Source: a virus (lineage: Duplodnaviria > Caudoviricetes). Taken from it: a stretch of 31,253 nt of DNA. Made by a program: the position numbers and the translations under genes. Shown here in pieces: positions 16,532 to 25,366 of this stretch. The notes under the pieces are model-generated. The model ran no database searches, had not been told where the DNA came from, and saw nothing but the letters and a program-made list of their open reading frames with translations. The first letter of the stretch is position 1. Each line of letters begins with the position of its first letter. Location of the stretch: positions 1 through 31,253 of IMG/VR virus record IMGVR_UViG_3300022893_000005. One strand, given 5' to 3'.

Positions 16532-16931
16532 CGAAGCACAGGAGCACAACAGCACGGAAGAGGTCGAACGCTCGATCCTCGAACTGGCGAGCCTGAAAGA
16601 GCAGAAGAAGGAGATCGAGGCGGAGATCGCAGACATCGAGAAGTACCTCGACAAGGCGCTGGAGAAGGAGCATCGCTTCGAGGATGGCCCCGATCAGGTG
16701 AGCGCCACCGTGGTCCGTGGGTACGTGGATCGCTTCGACGACCACCTCATCTCCACCCGGTACAAGACCATCTGGGATGTCGTGACCAAGAGGGTCATCG
16801 ACAAGGCCCTGTACCTGGACGCCGTTCGCATCGGCACCATCACGCCGGAACTGCACACCAAGTTCCACCACAGCGTTCCCAAGAAGTCCTACGTGATGGT
16901 CACGCGCATCAAGCACGAGGAGGACGAGTGA
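16521..16931 (+). CDS. Hypothetical protein with an N-terminal coiled coil (136 aa)
   Basis: ATG 16521 behind AAGGAGACC. Confidence 0.75.
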   Translation: MTDDEAQEHNSTEEVERSILELASLKEQKKEIEAEIADIEKYLDKALEKEHRFEDGPDQVSATVVRGYVDRFDDHLISTRYKTIWDVVTKRVIDKALYLDAVRIGTITPELHTKFHHSVPKKSYVMVTRIKHEEDE

Positions 16932-17143
16932 GCGCCCCGTCCGGTGGACAGGATCGTGCACTCGGACGCATCGGCTTCCAGTTCTACGTGAACGGGAAGT
17001 CCCAGTGGGCCACGGGCGAGTACGAGACGTACCGCCAGGAAGGTGAGACAGAGGAAGAGGCGATGGTTCGGGCCAGCGACAACGCCCTCTCAATCGCATT
17101 CGAGATCAGAGACAACTTCGTCTCCAAGCACAAGGAGCACTGA
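16928..17143 (+). CDS. Hypothetical protein (71 aa)
   Basis: GTGA overlap with the upstream gene. Confidence 0.7.
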   Translation: MSAPSGGQDRALGRIGFQFYVNGKSQWATGEYETYRQEGETEEEAMVRASDNALSIAFEIRDNFVSKHKEH

Positions 17144-17148
17144 GCAGC

Positions 17149-18114
17149 ATGGACATGGGCAAGTGGAACTTCATGGATGACGACGAGATCGCAGACTCGC
17201 GGTCCAGTCGTGGCGACAAGAGCAGGGTGTTCATCACCAGCCTCAAGGCTGACATGCCGCAGGTCTTCTACTTCCTCACCAAGCCCGGTGAGTGGGCAGG
17301 AGACTGGGTCAACTTCAGGGAACTGAACACGCGGGAGGGCCTTCAGGTCGGCCCGGACCTCCCCTCCGACCTCCGCTTCGGGGTGATGGTGCAGGACTAC
17401 CGCATCACTGCCAACGACATCACCGGGGCTCGTGGGTACGAGTACGACAACAACCTCGATCCCATCACTGCCGGTACGCCGGGCAACCAGTTGTGGGCCG
17501 TGGGCGCACGCAACACCGACTCCAACGGCCTGATCCGGGTGCAGTGGAGGTGCGGGATCAACGTGGTCGATGCGATCACGGGGTACCAGAAGATCCTCAA
17601 GGTGAGCCTCACCGCCAAGGACGACCTGAAGAGGTACTTCGCCGTCAAGGATGAGGACGGGGACTTCGACATCAACGGGCGTCCCTACGAGGTTCTGTAC
17701 ACGGGTGAGGGGTTCAAGTGGAACCTCGCCATCCGTCCGGTGCGTCCCGGCAGCACGGTGATGCGCGAGGGCAAGTCCGTCGAGGTGCCTGCGGTGCCGG
17801 AACTGGGCTCTGCCATCGACATCCGGCAGGTGCTCATCGAGCAGCGCGAGGAGTTGGACGCGCTGCTGGCCTCCATGCCCACCCGCTCAGGCAACCCGGT
17901 GGACACCTCGATGGCTCCTGACTTCGTGCAGGAGGCGGTGGCGGAGATGGAGAGTGCCTTCACGCCTGAGGCCAAGGGCGATGCGCTCACCGAGAAGTAC
18001 CTGGCGATGAGCCCGGCACGTCTGCGCTCGATGCTGGCCAAGGCCAAGATCGACGTGGAGCGTGGGGCAACGAAGGAAGCGATGGCCACCATCGCTGCCG
18101 AGAACAACCTGTAG
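17149..18114 (+). CDS. Putative single-stranded DNA-binding protein (321 aa); function inferred from context only
   Basis: Acidic and aromatic beta-rich protein between primase and polymerase, followed by a terminator; the CDS is secure, the function is not. Confidence 0.5.
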   Translation: MDMGKWNFMDDDEIADSRSSRGDKSRVFITSLKADMPQVFYFLTKPGEWAGDWVNFRELNTREGLQVGPDLPSDLRFGVMVQDYRITANDITGARGYEYDNNLDPITAGTPGNQLWAVGARNTDSNGLIRVQWRCGINVVDAITGYQKILKVSLTAKDDLKRYFAVKDEDGDFDINGRPYEVLYTGEGFKWNLAIRPVRPGSTVMREGKSVEVPAVPELGSAIDIRQVLIEQREELDALLASMPTRSGNPVDTSMAPDFVQEAVAEMESAFTPEAKGDALTEKYLAMSPARLRSMLAKAKIDVERGATKEAMATIAAENNL

Positions 18115-18154
18115 CAGTCAACAGGTTCGTTCTGTACCTGTAGGTCCGGTCACT

Positions 18155-18226
18155 GGGAGGGGGCGTGCTTCGGTGCGCCCCCTCCCTTCTTTCAGGTAGG
18201 GGTGCCTTAGACCCCACCCCTTCTTT
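18155..18226 (+). terminator. Intrinsic terminator with a weaker second copy
   Basis: GGGAGGGGGCG...TTCG...CGCCCCCTCCC-TTCTTT (18155-18192); GGGGTG/CACCCC-TTCTTT (18199-18226). Confidence 0.75.
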
Positions 18227-18245
18227 CAGGTCGAAAGGAGACCAC

Positions 18246-20969
18246 ATGGTCTGGACACACGTTCACAGCATGTTCTCGGCCAAGGATGCGCTACCCCATC
18301 CGGTGGACATCGTGGCAAGAGCATCACAGTTGAGACTTCCCGCATTGGCCCTGACTGACCACGGCAACATGGGCGGGATCGTTCAGTTCTACCTCGCCTG
18401 CCGCAAGGCAGGCATAGAGCCACTGCCGGGTATCGAGGCCTACGTGGCCTTCGAGCGCAGCAGGGAGGGCAAGGGTCGCAAGCGGGCTGAGACGTTCCAT
18501 CTCACGATGCTGGCGACCAACCTGCAGGGCTACCGCAACCTCGTGGCCCTGAGCAACCAGGCTCACCGCAACTTCTACTACCAGCCGGTCATCGACCTCG
18601 GTGATCTGGCACAGGCAGCCGAGACAGGTGGGCTGGATGGCATCTACGGGCTCTCAGGCTGCTGGTTCGGCCTCGGCCCAAGGATGCTGCGGGAGGGCAG
18701 CCCCATGGCTGTCCTGGGGCTCCTGAAGGCGCTTTCCGGGTGGTTCGGTTCGGGGTTTGCCATCGAGTTGATGCACCACGAGATCAAGGACGATGCCCAT
18801 GACGACAGCAGGCACGTCGAGATGCTGCATGCGGTGTCTGAACGTCTCGACCTGCCCACTGTGATCAGTCAGGACAGCCACTACGTGTACGAGCAGGACC
18901 GGGCTGACCACGACTTCTACAAGGGGCTCACGTCCTGGGGTCGTCCTGATGAGGCGCAGTGGCCCGGCAAGTTGGGCTACCACATGGTGGGCTTCGACGA
19001 GGTGAAGCACCTCTACCCCAAGCCCATCTGGGACAAGGCGATGGACGGGATGCTGGACCTGTACAACATGGCCCACGTTCGCATCCCGGAGTTGGAGTCC
19101 TACTCCCTGCGGGTGCCTGACATGGCACTCACCGTCGATCCGATGGCGGCGATGGAGAGGGTGTGTGATGCCGCTCTGCTCAGCGCAGTGGAGGGCAAGC
19201 ACATCGCCAAGGCTTCCTCCAAGAGGTACTGGAACCGGCTGGAGGACGAGTACGAGGTCATCAAGTCATCGGGGTTTGCTCCCTACCTGATGCTGGTCAG
19301 GGAGGTGTGCCAGGAACTGGAGAAACGAGGGATCGTCTGGTCTGTCCGTGGTTCAGCCAGCGGATCGCTCGTGTGCTTCCTGCTTGGCATCACCTCGTTC
19401 GATCCACTGAAGTGGAGACTGAGGTTCGACAGGTTCCTGTCCAGCGACAGGACGAAGCCGCCCGACATCGACATCGACATGGACCCGGAGTACCGGGAGG
19501 AGATGTTCGACTACCTGGGCAGCAGATTCCACACCCTGCGCATCGGCACATGGTCGAAGTTCAAGTTGACCGCAGAGGACGACGACGACTTCAACCCGGA
19601 GAAGCCACAGCGTGGGTCACTGCCGGTCCAGTACAAGTACGCGGTCGGCAAGATCCTTGAGAGCAAGTACGGGTCTGACCGCAAGCGGTGGCCCCGTGAG
19701 GCTCATGACGAGTGGAACGGGGAGATACCGCCAGAGGACTGGAAGCGGTTGCAGGCGCTGGACAAGTACAAGGCGTACAAGAACTACAGCACCCACGCAG
19801 CAGGGCTCATCATCACCGATGACGAGCAGACCATCGCTGACATCCCACAACTCAACGTCACGGGCAAGGACTACATGGTCTCCGCCTTCGACAAGGACGA
19901 CGTGGAGCGTCTGGGGCTGGTCAAGTTGGACCTGCTCAACCTGAAGTTGCTGACCGCGATCCGTGTCATGCAGCAGGTGTCAGGGGTGGCTCATGGCGAC
20001 GTGCCGCTGGATGCCAAGGTGTTCACCCACCTGAACCGGGGCCGTGTCACAGGCATCTTCCAGTTGGAGGGTGGGTCAACCAGGCGAGGGCTACAGCGCC
20101 TGAAGCCAAAGCGGATAGAGGACTTGGTGGCTGCGGTCGCCCTGTTCCGTCCGGCCACGATTGACTCCGGTGCCACTGAGGACTTCCTGAAGCGGAGGGC
20201 CAAGGAGGTGCCGATCCCAGCAAGGCACAGCCTCATCGAGGAAGTGACCAAGGAGACCTACGGCATCCTGCTCTACCAGGAGCAGGCCATCGAGATCTTC
20301 CGGTCTCTGGGCATGACCATCGACGAGATCGAGGCTGCTCGTGGTGCCATCAAGGCCAGCAACGCTGGTATCCACGCCGCTGGTGAGGTTCTGGATGAAC
20401 TGATGCTCCGTGTGCAGTCGCTGGGGTATGGGCTTGAGATGAGCGTGTACGACGTGGAATGGCTGGTCCACACGCTGAAGACCTTCTCCGGCTACTCGTT
20501 CAACCGCTCCCATGCTGTGGCCTATGCGGTGTGGGCGTACAAGTCAGCGTGGTACTCGCTGCACCACCCGGTGGCGTTCTGGACCGGGATGCTCACGGCC
20601 CACTCGGGCAACTCGGAGAAGGAGCGGGTCAGGGACTACATCGTGGCTGCCATGGGTGCAGGGGTCACGATCCGTCAGCCCAACGTCCGCATCTCCGGTG
20701 TCACATACCGGGCTGACCCACGGGCGCAGTTCATCTACAAGGGGCTGCAGTCCATCGACGGCATCGGCATCAAGACTGCCGAGGAGATCGTCCGCAACCA
20801 GCCGTACACCAGCCTTGACGACTTTGCTGTCAAGGTGTCCAACCGGCTGGTGACCGGCAGCAAGAACCTCGGCTTGGGTGTCCACCCAGCCGAGTGCACT
20901 GGGGCTGTTGCCCTGCTTCACAACGCCGGAGCCCTCAAGGGGCTGGAGTTCGAGAAGGAGACCAAGTGA
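18246..20969 (+). CDS. dnaE: DNA polymerase III alpha subunit (DnaE-type, family C), 907 aa
   Basis: PHP motifs HVHSMFS, ALTDHGNM, PGIEAY, QDSHY; RGSASGSLV; PDIDID; STHAAG; YGILLYQEQ; GYSFNRSHAVAY; ends after the HhH motif; start ATG 18246 behind AAGGAGACC. Confidence 0.96.
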   Translation: MVWTHVHSMFSAKDALPHPVDIVARASQLRLPALALTDHGNMGGIVQFYLACRKAGIEPLPGIEAYVAFERSREGKGRKRAETFHLTMLATNLQGYRNLVALSNQAHRNFYYQPVIDLGDLAQAAETGGLDGIYGLSGCWFGLGPRMLREGSPMAVLGLLKALSGWFGSGFAIELMHHEIKDDAHDDSRHVEMLHAVSERLDLPTVISQDSHYVYEQDRADHDFYKGLTSWGRPDEAQWPGKLGYHMVGFDEVKHLYPKPIWDKAMDGMLDLYNMAHVRIPELESYSLRVPDMALTVDPMAAMERVCDAALLSAVEGKHIAKASSKRYWNRLEDEYEVIKSSGFAPYLMLVREVCQELEKRGIVWSVRGSASGSLVCFLLGITSFDPLKWRLRFDRFLSSDRTKPPDIDIDMDPEYREEMFDYLGSRFHTLRIGTWSKFKLTAEDDDDFNPEKPQRGSLPVQYKYAVGKILESKYGSDRKRWPREAHDEWNGEIPPEDWKRLQALDKYKAYKNYSTHAAGLIITDDEQTIADIPQLNVTGKDYMVSAFDKDDVERLGLVKLDLLNLKLLTAIRVMQQVSGVAHGDVPLDAKVFTHLNRGRVTGIFQLEGGSTRRGLQRLKPKRIEDLVAAVALFRPATIDSGATEDFLKRRAKEVPIPARHSLIEEVTKETYGILLYQEQAIEIFRSLGMTIDEIEAARGAIKASNAGIHAAGEVLDELMLRVQSLGYGLEMSVYDVEWLVHTLKTFSGYSFNRSHAVAYAVWAYKSAWYSLHHPVAFWTGMLTAHSGNSEKERVRDYIVAAMGAGVTIRQPNVRISGVTYRADPRAQFIYKGLQSIDGIGIKTAEEIVRNQPYTSLDDFAVKVSNRLVTGSKNLGLGVHPAECTGAVALLHNAGALKGLEFEKETK

Positions 20970-21271
20970 AGAAGATCATCAAGCAGACCGTGCTCATACC
21001 CGATCCAAGGAGACTGGCGGACGACCTGATCGCTCTGCTCGACCTGATGGAGCAGACCACTGGCGTCTTCGACCGCAAGCGCATCCACATGGAGGTCATG
21101 TCCCACGCCCGGATCTGCCACTCCAGCGTGATGGTCAGCGAGGAGACGACGCTGGCCAGCGTCATGGATCTGGGCCGCTACAACATGCACCTGGGCCGCG
21201 AACTTGAGCACGAACTGGCCATAGGTGTGCTCAAGGAACTCACCATCATCACATCAGAGGAGACCAGATGA
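20966..21271 (+). CDS. Hypothetical protein (101 aa)
   Basis: GTG 20966 behind AAGGAGACC; GTGA overlap. Confidence 0.7.
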   Translation: MKKIIKQTVLIPDPRRLADDLIALLDLMEQTTGVFDRKRIHMEVMSHARICHSSVMVSEETTLASVMDLGRYNMHLGRELEHELAIGVLKELTIITSEETR

Positions 21272-21348
21272 AGAAGCATCGCATTGCTCTGGGAGCAGTG
21301 TCAGCAGCAGTGTTCTGTGTGACGCTGATGGCAGGTCTGTTCAGGTGA
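21268..21348 (+). CDS. 26-aa signal-peptide-like ORF (MKKHRIALGAVSAAVFCVTLMAGLFR)
   Basis: Translated by hand; GAGGAGACCAG RBS; ATGA and GTGA coupling at the two ends. Confidence 0.6.
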   Translation: MKKHRIALGAVSAAVFCVTLMAGLFR

Positions 21349-21590
21349 CCCGCGAGGACCAGACCATCACTATGGCCGCAGCCGCCGAGTTGATCCGTCA
21401 AGCCCGCGCCGACGAGGGGAAGCGGAACGCCATCGCGGAAGTCGAACGAGCATGGGCAGAGCGGGCCGCCCTCCGCGCCAATGTGGAGGCGCTGGATGTG
21501 TTTGTAACCACCAACAATCTGCTTGGAACTACCCGATACGTGCGTCTAGGTGACGTGCTCGCCCTGATTGACGGGGGCAGTGATGACTGA
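21345..21590 (+). CDS. Small protein, paralogue 1 of a tandem triplet
   Basis: ARADE...LRANVEAL...DVLALIDG. Confidence 0.7.
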   Translation: MTREDQTITMAAAAELIRQARADEGKRNAIAEVERAWAERAALRANVEALDVFVTTNNLLGTTRYVRLGDVLALIDGGSDD

Positions 21591-21858
21591 CCACGATCCG
21601 ATCTGCCAAGCAGACCCCCTTGACGACATCTACTTCTGCATGTGCGAGTTCATCGGCAAGGTCCGCGCCGATGAGCGGGAGAAGGTCAAGGCCGAGTACG
21701 TCCCGGTGTTGATGGAGCACCTGCGTCGGGAGGCTGGGTTCGCCGACCTCCGCGCCAAGGTGGAGGCGCTGCACGAAGAAGCAGCAGGCTCCCCCGACAG
21801 GTGGGACGACGCCTTCCAACTGGTCCTCGCCCTGATTGACGGGAGCAGCGATGAGTGA
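21583..21858 (+). CDS. Small protein, paralogue 2 of a tandem triplet
   Basis: HDPIC...CMC, KVRADE...LRAKVEAL...VLALIDG. Confidence 0.75.
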   Translation: MTDHDPICQADPLDDIYFCMCEFIGKVRADEREKVKAEYVPVLMEHLRREAGFADLRAKVEALHEEAAGSPDRWDDAFQLVLALIDGSSDE

Positions 21859-22171
21859 GTTGCCAGCACCGCACACATGGAAGGCACCCGCCACAGTCCA
21901 CGACTCTCTGTGCCGACAGCAGCACTGGGAGGGGGGCGACTGTTTCGACTGCCGACTGATCGCCAAGGTCCGCGCCGACGAGATGGAGAAGGCTTACGCC
22001 GATGTGATCCCAAGAGTTCGCATGGCACATGCACAGTTGCGCGCCAAGGTGGAGGCGCTGACGCCTATCGGCGTTGTGTACCCCCACGGTCTCGACGTGC
22101 TGGTGCCGAGGACGTTGATCGACCGCGCCGACGTGCTCGCCCTTCTGGATGGGAACGGAGATGAGGGCTGA
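21851..22171 (+). CDS. Small protein, paralogue 3 of a tandem triplet
   Basis: HDSLC...CFDC, KVRADE...LRAKVEAL...DVLALLDG. Confidence 0.75.
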   Translation: MSELPAPHTWKAPATVHDSLCRQQHWEGGDCFDCRLIAKVRADEMEKAYADVIPRVRMAHAQLRAKVEALTPIGVVYPHGLDVLVPRTLIDRADVLALLDGNGDEG

Positions 22172-22595
22172 TGGTGAGGGTCCAGTGAGCGACAAGATCC
22201 TCATCTGCCACTGGGCCAACGGGGGACATTGGAACAGCATCAATGTCTCCGTTGAGGCACTTGAGGGACATGAGAACCACGTCTGGGACATCTGGCCCGC
22301 CGTGGACGGTGTCACTGAGGGACAGAACTGGAACAGGGGCGAGAACGTCTACGTCAACGGCTGTGAGACCACACGGCCAGGGCAGCCCCTACCCACTCCT
22401 GAGCCGACGCCATCGGAGTCAGTGGCACCCAGTCCAACGATCACGGTGACAGCAACCGCTGTCCCGACACCAGCACCCACTGAATGCGAGACGGGAGTGA
22501 ACGAGGCAGCGTTGCTGGTGCCACTGTCAGTGGCATTGGCTGCGGCTGCGATGTGGGATCGCTGGAGGAGACGAAATGGCACTGAAGAGGTGTAG
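22161..22595 (+). CDS. Surface-protein-like ORF with a KxxICH...GHxxH domain, a Pro/Thr linker and a sortase-like C-terminus; no signal peptide
   Basis: KILICH...INVSVEALEGHENHVWDIWP; PTPEPTPSES...PTPAPT; ECETG followed by a hydrophobic stretch and RWRRR. Confidence 0.6.
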   Translation: MRADGEGPVSDKILICHWANGGHWNSINVSVEALEGHENHVWDIWPAVDGVTEGQNWNRGENVYVNGCETTRPGQPLPTPEPTPSESVAPSPTITVTATAVPTPAPTECETGVNEAALLVPLSVALAAAAMWDRWRRRNGTEEV

Positions 22596-22797
22596 GTGGT
22601 GTGGCCAGTTCGTGCTGGCCAACACCGAGCCGACCACCAGAACCATCATGGGCGGCTTGGTCGGCGCTGAGTGGCGCACGGTCCAGCAACTGCTGTGCCC
22701 TGTGTGTGCCAAGCAGTGGTCGATGGACATGCCGTGGAACAAGGAGGCAGACCTGACACTGCCTCTTGAGGTACTACCTGACAAGGAGACCAGATGA
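22576..22797 (+). CDS. Small zinc-ribbon protein
   Basis: CRWC...CPVC; GGAGGAG RBS. Confidence 0.7.
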   Translation: MALKRCRWCGQFVLANTEPTTRTIMGGLVGAEWRTVQQLLCPVCAKQWSMDMPWNKEADLTLPLEVLPDKETR

Positions 22798-22985
22798 GTG
22801 ACATCCCGTTCGTGGTGATCGGCCACGGAGAAGACCCGCCTTGGATCGACCTGGACAACTCGTGTCCGACCTGCGGTGAGCCCGACCTGCCGCTGCTTGA
22901 TTCCGTCCCGCCGGGCATCTCGTACATCCAGCACTGTGACGGCGTGTGGGTGCGTGGCCCACTCAACCTGAAGGAGACCAGATGA
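22794..22985 (+). CDS. Small Cys-containing hypothetical protein
   Basis: AAGGAGACCAG RBS; CPTC...HC. Confidence 0.7.
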   Translation: MSDIPFVVIGHGEDPPWIDLDNSCPTCGEPDLPLLDSVPPGISYIQHCDGVWVRGPLNLKETR

Positions 22986-23173
22986 GCAGCAAGGAGTGGA
23001 GCATCTCGAAGGATGAGTGGTGGCCAGTCCTGGAACTGGTGCCACCGAACAAGTTCGACCCGGTTCGTGTGATCCCCGACGAACTGATGCTGCGGTACCA
23101 CGAGACCCGCGAGGCGTTCGAGGCCGTGCAGAGCGAACTGTGGAAGATCTTCGACCCCGAGGGGGACAAGTGA
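22982..23173 (+). CDS. Hypothetical protein (63 aa)
   Basis: ATG 22982 behind AAGGAGACCAG. Confidence 0.7.
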   Translation: MSSKEWSISKDEWWPVLELVPPNKFDPVRVIPDELMLRYHETREAFEAVQSELWKIFDPEGDK

Positions 23174-23931
23174 GCAAGTTCACCGATCAGGTCGCTGACC
23201 TGCTCATGGGCGGGGACAAGCCGGTCACGCAGGCCATGCATGACTGGGATGGCGTGCTGGACTCATGGGCGATCATGCGAGTGGCCAGCCAGGAGATTCT
23301 GGACAATGCCGAGGCCACTGATCGCAGTGATGGTCGTGGTCGGATCAGGCCCTCCAACCTGTCATCACCGTGCGCCCGGCTGCACGCCTTCTCCTGGCTG
23401 GGAGCGCCGAACGACCTCGGCAACACCTCGCTCATGGACGACGGCACCCAGCGCCACTACTACTGGCAGAAGGTGGGGCTGAGTGCCGGGTTCCTGAAGG
23501 ACATCGAGACCAAGGTTGAGGTGGAGTCGCTGGGCATCAAGGGCTCCATCGACGGGCTGATGACGGACGGCTCGATCTTCGAGTTGAAGGTCACCGGCCC
23601 CAAGTTGTACGAGCAGCGCATCGCAGCACGGGAGCCAACTCACTCCCACCTGCTGCAGGTCCACGCCTACATGAAGGCGATGGAGGTGGACCGCGCGTCC
23701 ATCGTCTACGAGCGCCGCTCCTACTCGGTGGACTGGCACGAGTTCCGGGTGCAGTTCGACCCGGAGATCTGGAAAGAACTGAAGGAGTTGGCGTACCCCG
23801 TGCTCGAAGCCATCGAGCAGCGGGAACTGCCTCCCATGCTGCCGATCTGCGAGGGCCTGTCCAGCAACACCTTCAAGAACTGCGGCTACCGGGCCATCTG
23901 CCCGTCCGCGCACTTCACCACCTCATGGTGA
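23170..23931 (+). CDS. Cas4-like / PD-(D/E)XK exonuclease
   Basis: RPSNLSSPC, GTQRH, GSIDG...FELK, QVHAYM, and C-terminal C...CGYRAIC (Fe-S cysteines); start GTG 23170. Confidence 0.88.
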   Translation: MSKFTDQVADLLMGGDKPVTQAMHDWDGVLDSWAIMRVASQEILDNAEATDRSDGRGRIRPSNLSSPCARLHAFSWLGAPNDLGNTSLMDDGTQRHYYWQKVGLSAGFLKDIETKVEVESLGIKGSIDGLMTDGSIFELKVTGPKLYEQRIAAREPTHSHLLQVHAYMKAMEVDRASIVYERRSYSVDWHEFRVQFDPEIWKELKELAYPVLEAIEQRELPPMLPICEGLSSNTFKNCGYRAICPSAHFTTSW

Positions 23932-24308
23932 CCAGCACCTCGCTCCGCCTGCGCAACGACCTGTACGAGCGCAGCAGCGGTCACTGTGAGGTCGCAGGGG
24001 AAGTCCTCTCCCACTCGTTCGCGGTGCATCACCGCAAGCGCCGCTCACAAGGCGGGACAGACGAGATCACGAATCTCATGATCGTGTGCCACTTCCACCA
24101 CAACGGAGGTACGCACTCGATCCACGCCCAACCGGCCATGTCATACCAGCGTGGTTGGCTGGTGCACGAACCGGATGATCCAGCAGCAGTACCCATGCAG
24201 AGGTTCGTCCGGCTGTACGACACAGCAGGTGAATACCCCTTCTTCCTCCTGACAGAGGAAGGGCTGTACGTCCCAACACAAGAAGGAGACCGTCATGGAG
24301 GTTCGTAA
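23925..24308 (+). CDS. HNH endonuclease
   Basis: VHHRKRRSQGGTDEITNLMIVCHFHH...IH...GWLV. Confidence 0.85.
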   Translation: MVTSTSLRLRNDLYERSSGHCEVAGEVLSHSFAVHHRKRRSQGGTDEITNLMIVCHFHHNGGTHSIHAQPAMSYQRGWLVHEPDDPAAVPMQRFVRLYDTAGEYPFFLLTEEGLYVPTQEGDRHGGS

Positions 24309-24723
24309 CCTCATCAAGCCCAACGCCGTCTTGGTGCAGATCACCGAGATCGGACGCGGGGACGTGTACAAGCGGCTGGAGAAGCCGTCGTACGGCGAGC
24401 CCAAGGTCGTGTTCGGCAGCGTCATCGACGTGCTGAACAACGGCGAAGAGTCCACGCTCGTCGCTCTGGAGTTCACCCCGGAGTCCTACGGCCCGACCAT
24501 CAACGCCACCGTCAAGGTGTTCAACGGCCAGATGGAGGTCACCCTGTTCCCCTGCACCATCGAGGAGTACAAGGAGTCCCTCGACCTCGCCATCGCCTCG
24601 CAGAACAAGGCGGTCGGACTGGCCGAGGCCGACTACCAGGCCAAGTTGACCGTGCTCAACAGCATGATCGACCAGAGCCGCATCGCCCTGTCCATCCCCA
24701 AGATGTCGGCGGTCGAGTCGTGA
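24295..24723 (+). CDS. Hypothetical protein (142 aa)
   Basis: AAGGAGACC RBS; strong third-position GC bias. Confidence 0.8.
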   Translation: MEVRNLIKPNAVLVQITEIGRGDVYKRLEKPSYGEPKVVFGSVIDVLNNGEESTLVALEFTPESYGPTINATVKVFNGQMEVTLFPCTIEEYKESLDLAIASQNKAVGLAEADYQAKLTVLNSMIDQSRIALSIPKMSAVES

Positions 24724-24992
24724 GGCTCGGCAGCGGAGCGGGCGAGGTGACCGAGGAGGGCAAGGTCAACGTCATCAAGGTGTTCGGCTCCTGCATCGTC
24801 TGCGGGGAGCAGAGCGAGGTCGAGTTCGACGACAGCCCTGACGATCAGGAGGGGTTCGTGGCCTGGCAGCGGGGAGAGTTAGTCCAGGTTGCGTTCGCGC
24901 ACTGGACCGAACCGAAGCGGGAGTTGCTGATCTCTGGCACCCATCCGGCTTGTTGGAAGGTTCTCACCCTGCCAGAGGACGACGATGACTGA
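24720..24992 (+). CDS. Small zinc-binding-like protein (start may be GTG 24747)
   Basis: CIVC...LLISGTHPACW. Confidence 0.75.
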   Translation: MRLGSGAGEVTEEGKVNVIKVFGSCIVCGEQSEVEFDDSPDDQEGFVAWQRGELVQVAFAHWTEPKRELLISGTHPACWKVLTLPEDDDD

Positions 24993-25350
24993 ACCTCTGA
25001 TGACTCCCTACGAGGTGGAGCGCAAGTTGCTCGAACTCAGCAGGGACATCGACGAGGCGACGGAAGACCTCATCGAGGCCGAGACGGCGTTCACCTCCAG
25101 CAAGCGTTCGCTGGAGATGGCACTGGCAAGGGCTCGGGCGGACATCTCCGAGCAGTACCGCAACGACAAGTTGACGGTGCAGGAGAAGGCCGACATCGCA
25201 CTGCTCAAGTGCGAGCAGCAGGTCATTCAGGCGGACGCGCACGAAATCTGGGTCAAGGGTTCCAAGGCTCGGGTGAACGCCCTCCGAACGCAGGTGGACA
25301 TCATCAGGTCCATCGGCACGTCTGTCCGGTCCTCTATGGACATGGCCTGA
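24985..25350 (+). CDS. Coiled-coil hypothetical protein (121 aa)
   Basis: AGAGGA RBS; helical heptad pattern. Confidence 0.75.
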   Translation: MTEPLMTPYEVERKLLELSRDIDEATEDLIEAETAFTSSKRSLEMALARARADISEQYRNDKLTVQEKADIALLKCEQQVIQADAHEIWVKGSKARVNALRTQVDIIRSIGTSVRSSMDMA

Positions 25351-25366
25351 CAGGCACACTGGGATC

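Noticed and set aside
19550-19780. Possible intein or insertion in DnaE
   Set aside because: No intein terminal motifs (N-terminal C/S, C-terminal HN) and too short; it looks like a divergent region of the polymerase
21324-22174. 8-bp direct repeat GCTGATGG flanking the triplet as a target-site duplication
   Set aside because: The two copies are in different reading frames, so excision would not restore an in-frame gene; 8 bp can occur by chance
23170-23931. CRISPR-Cas system suggested by the Cas4-like gene
   Set aside because: No repeat-spacer array or other cas genes were seen; solo Cas4-like nucleases are common in phages
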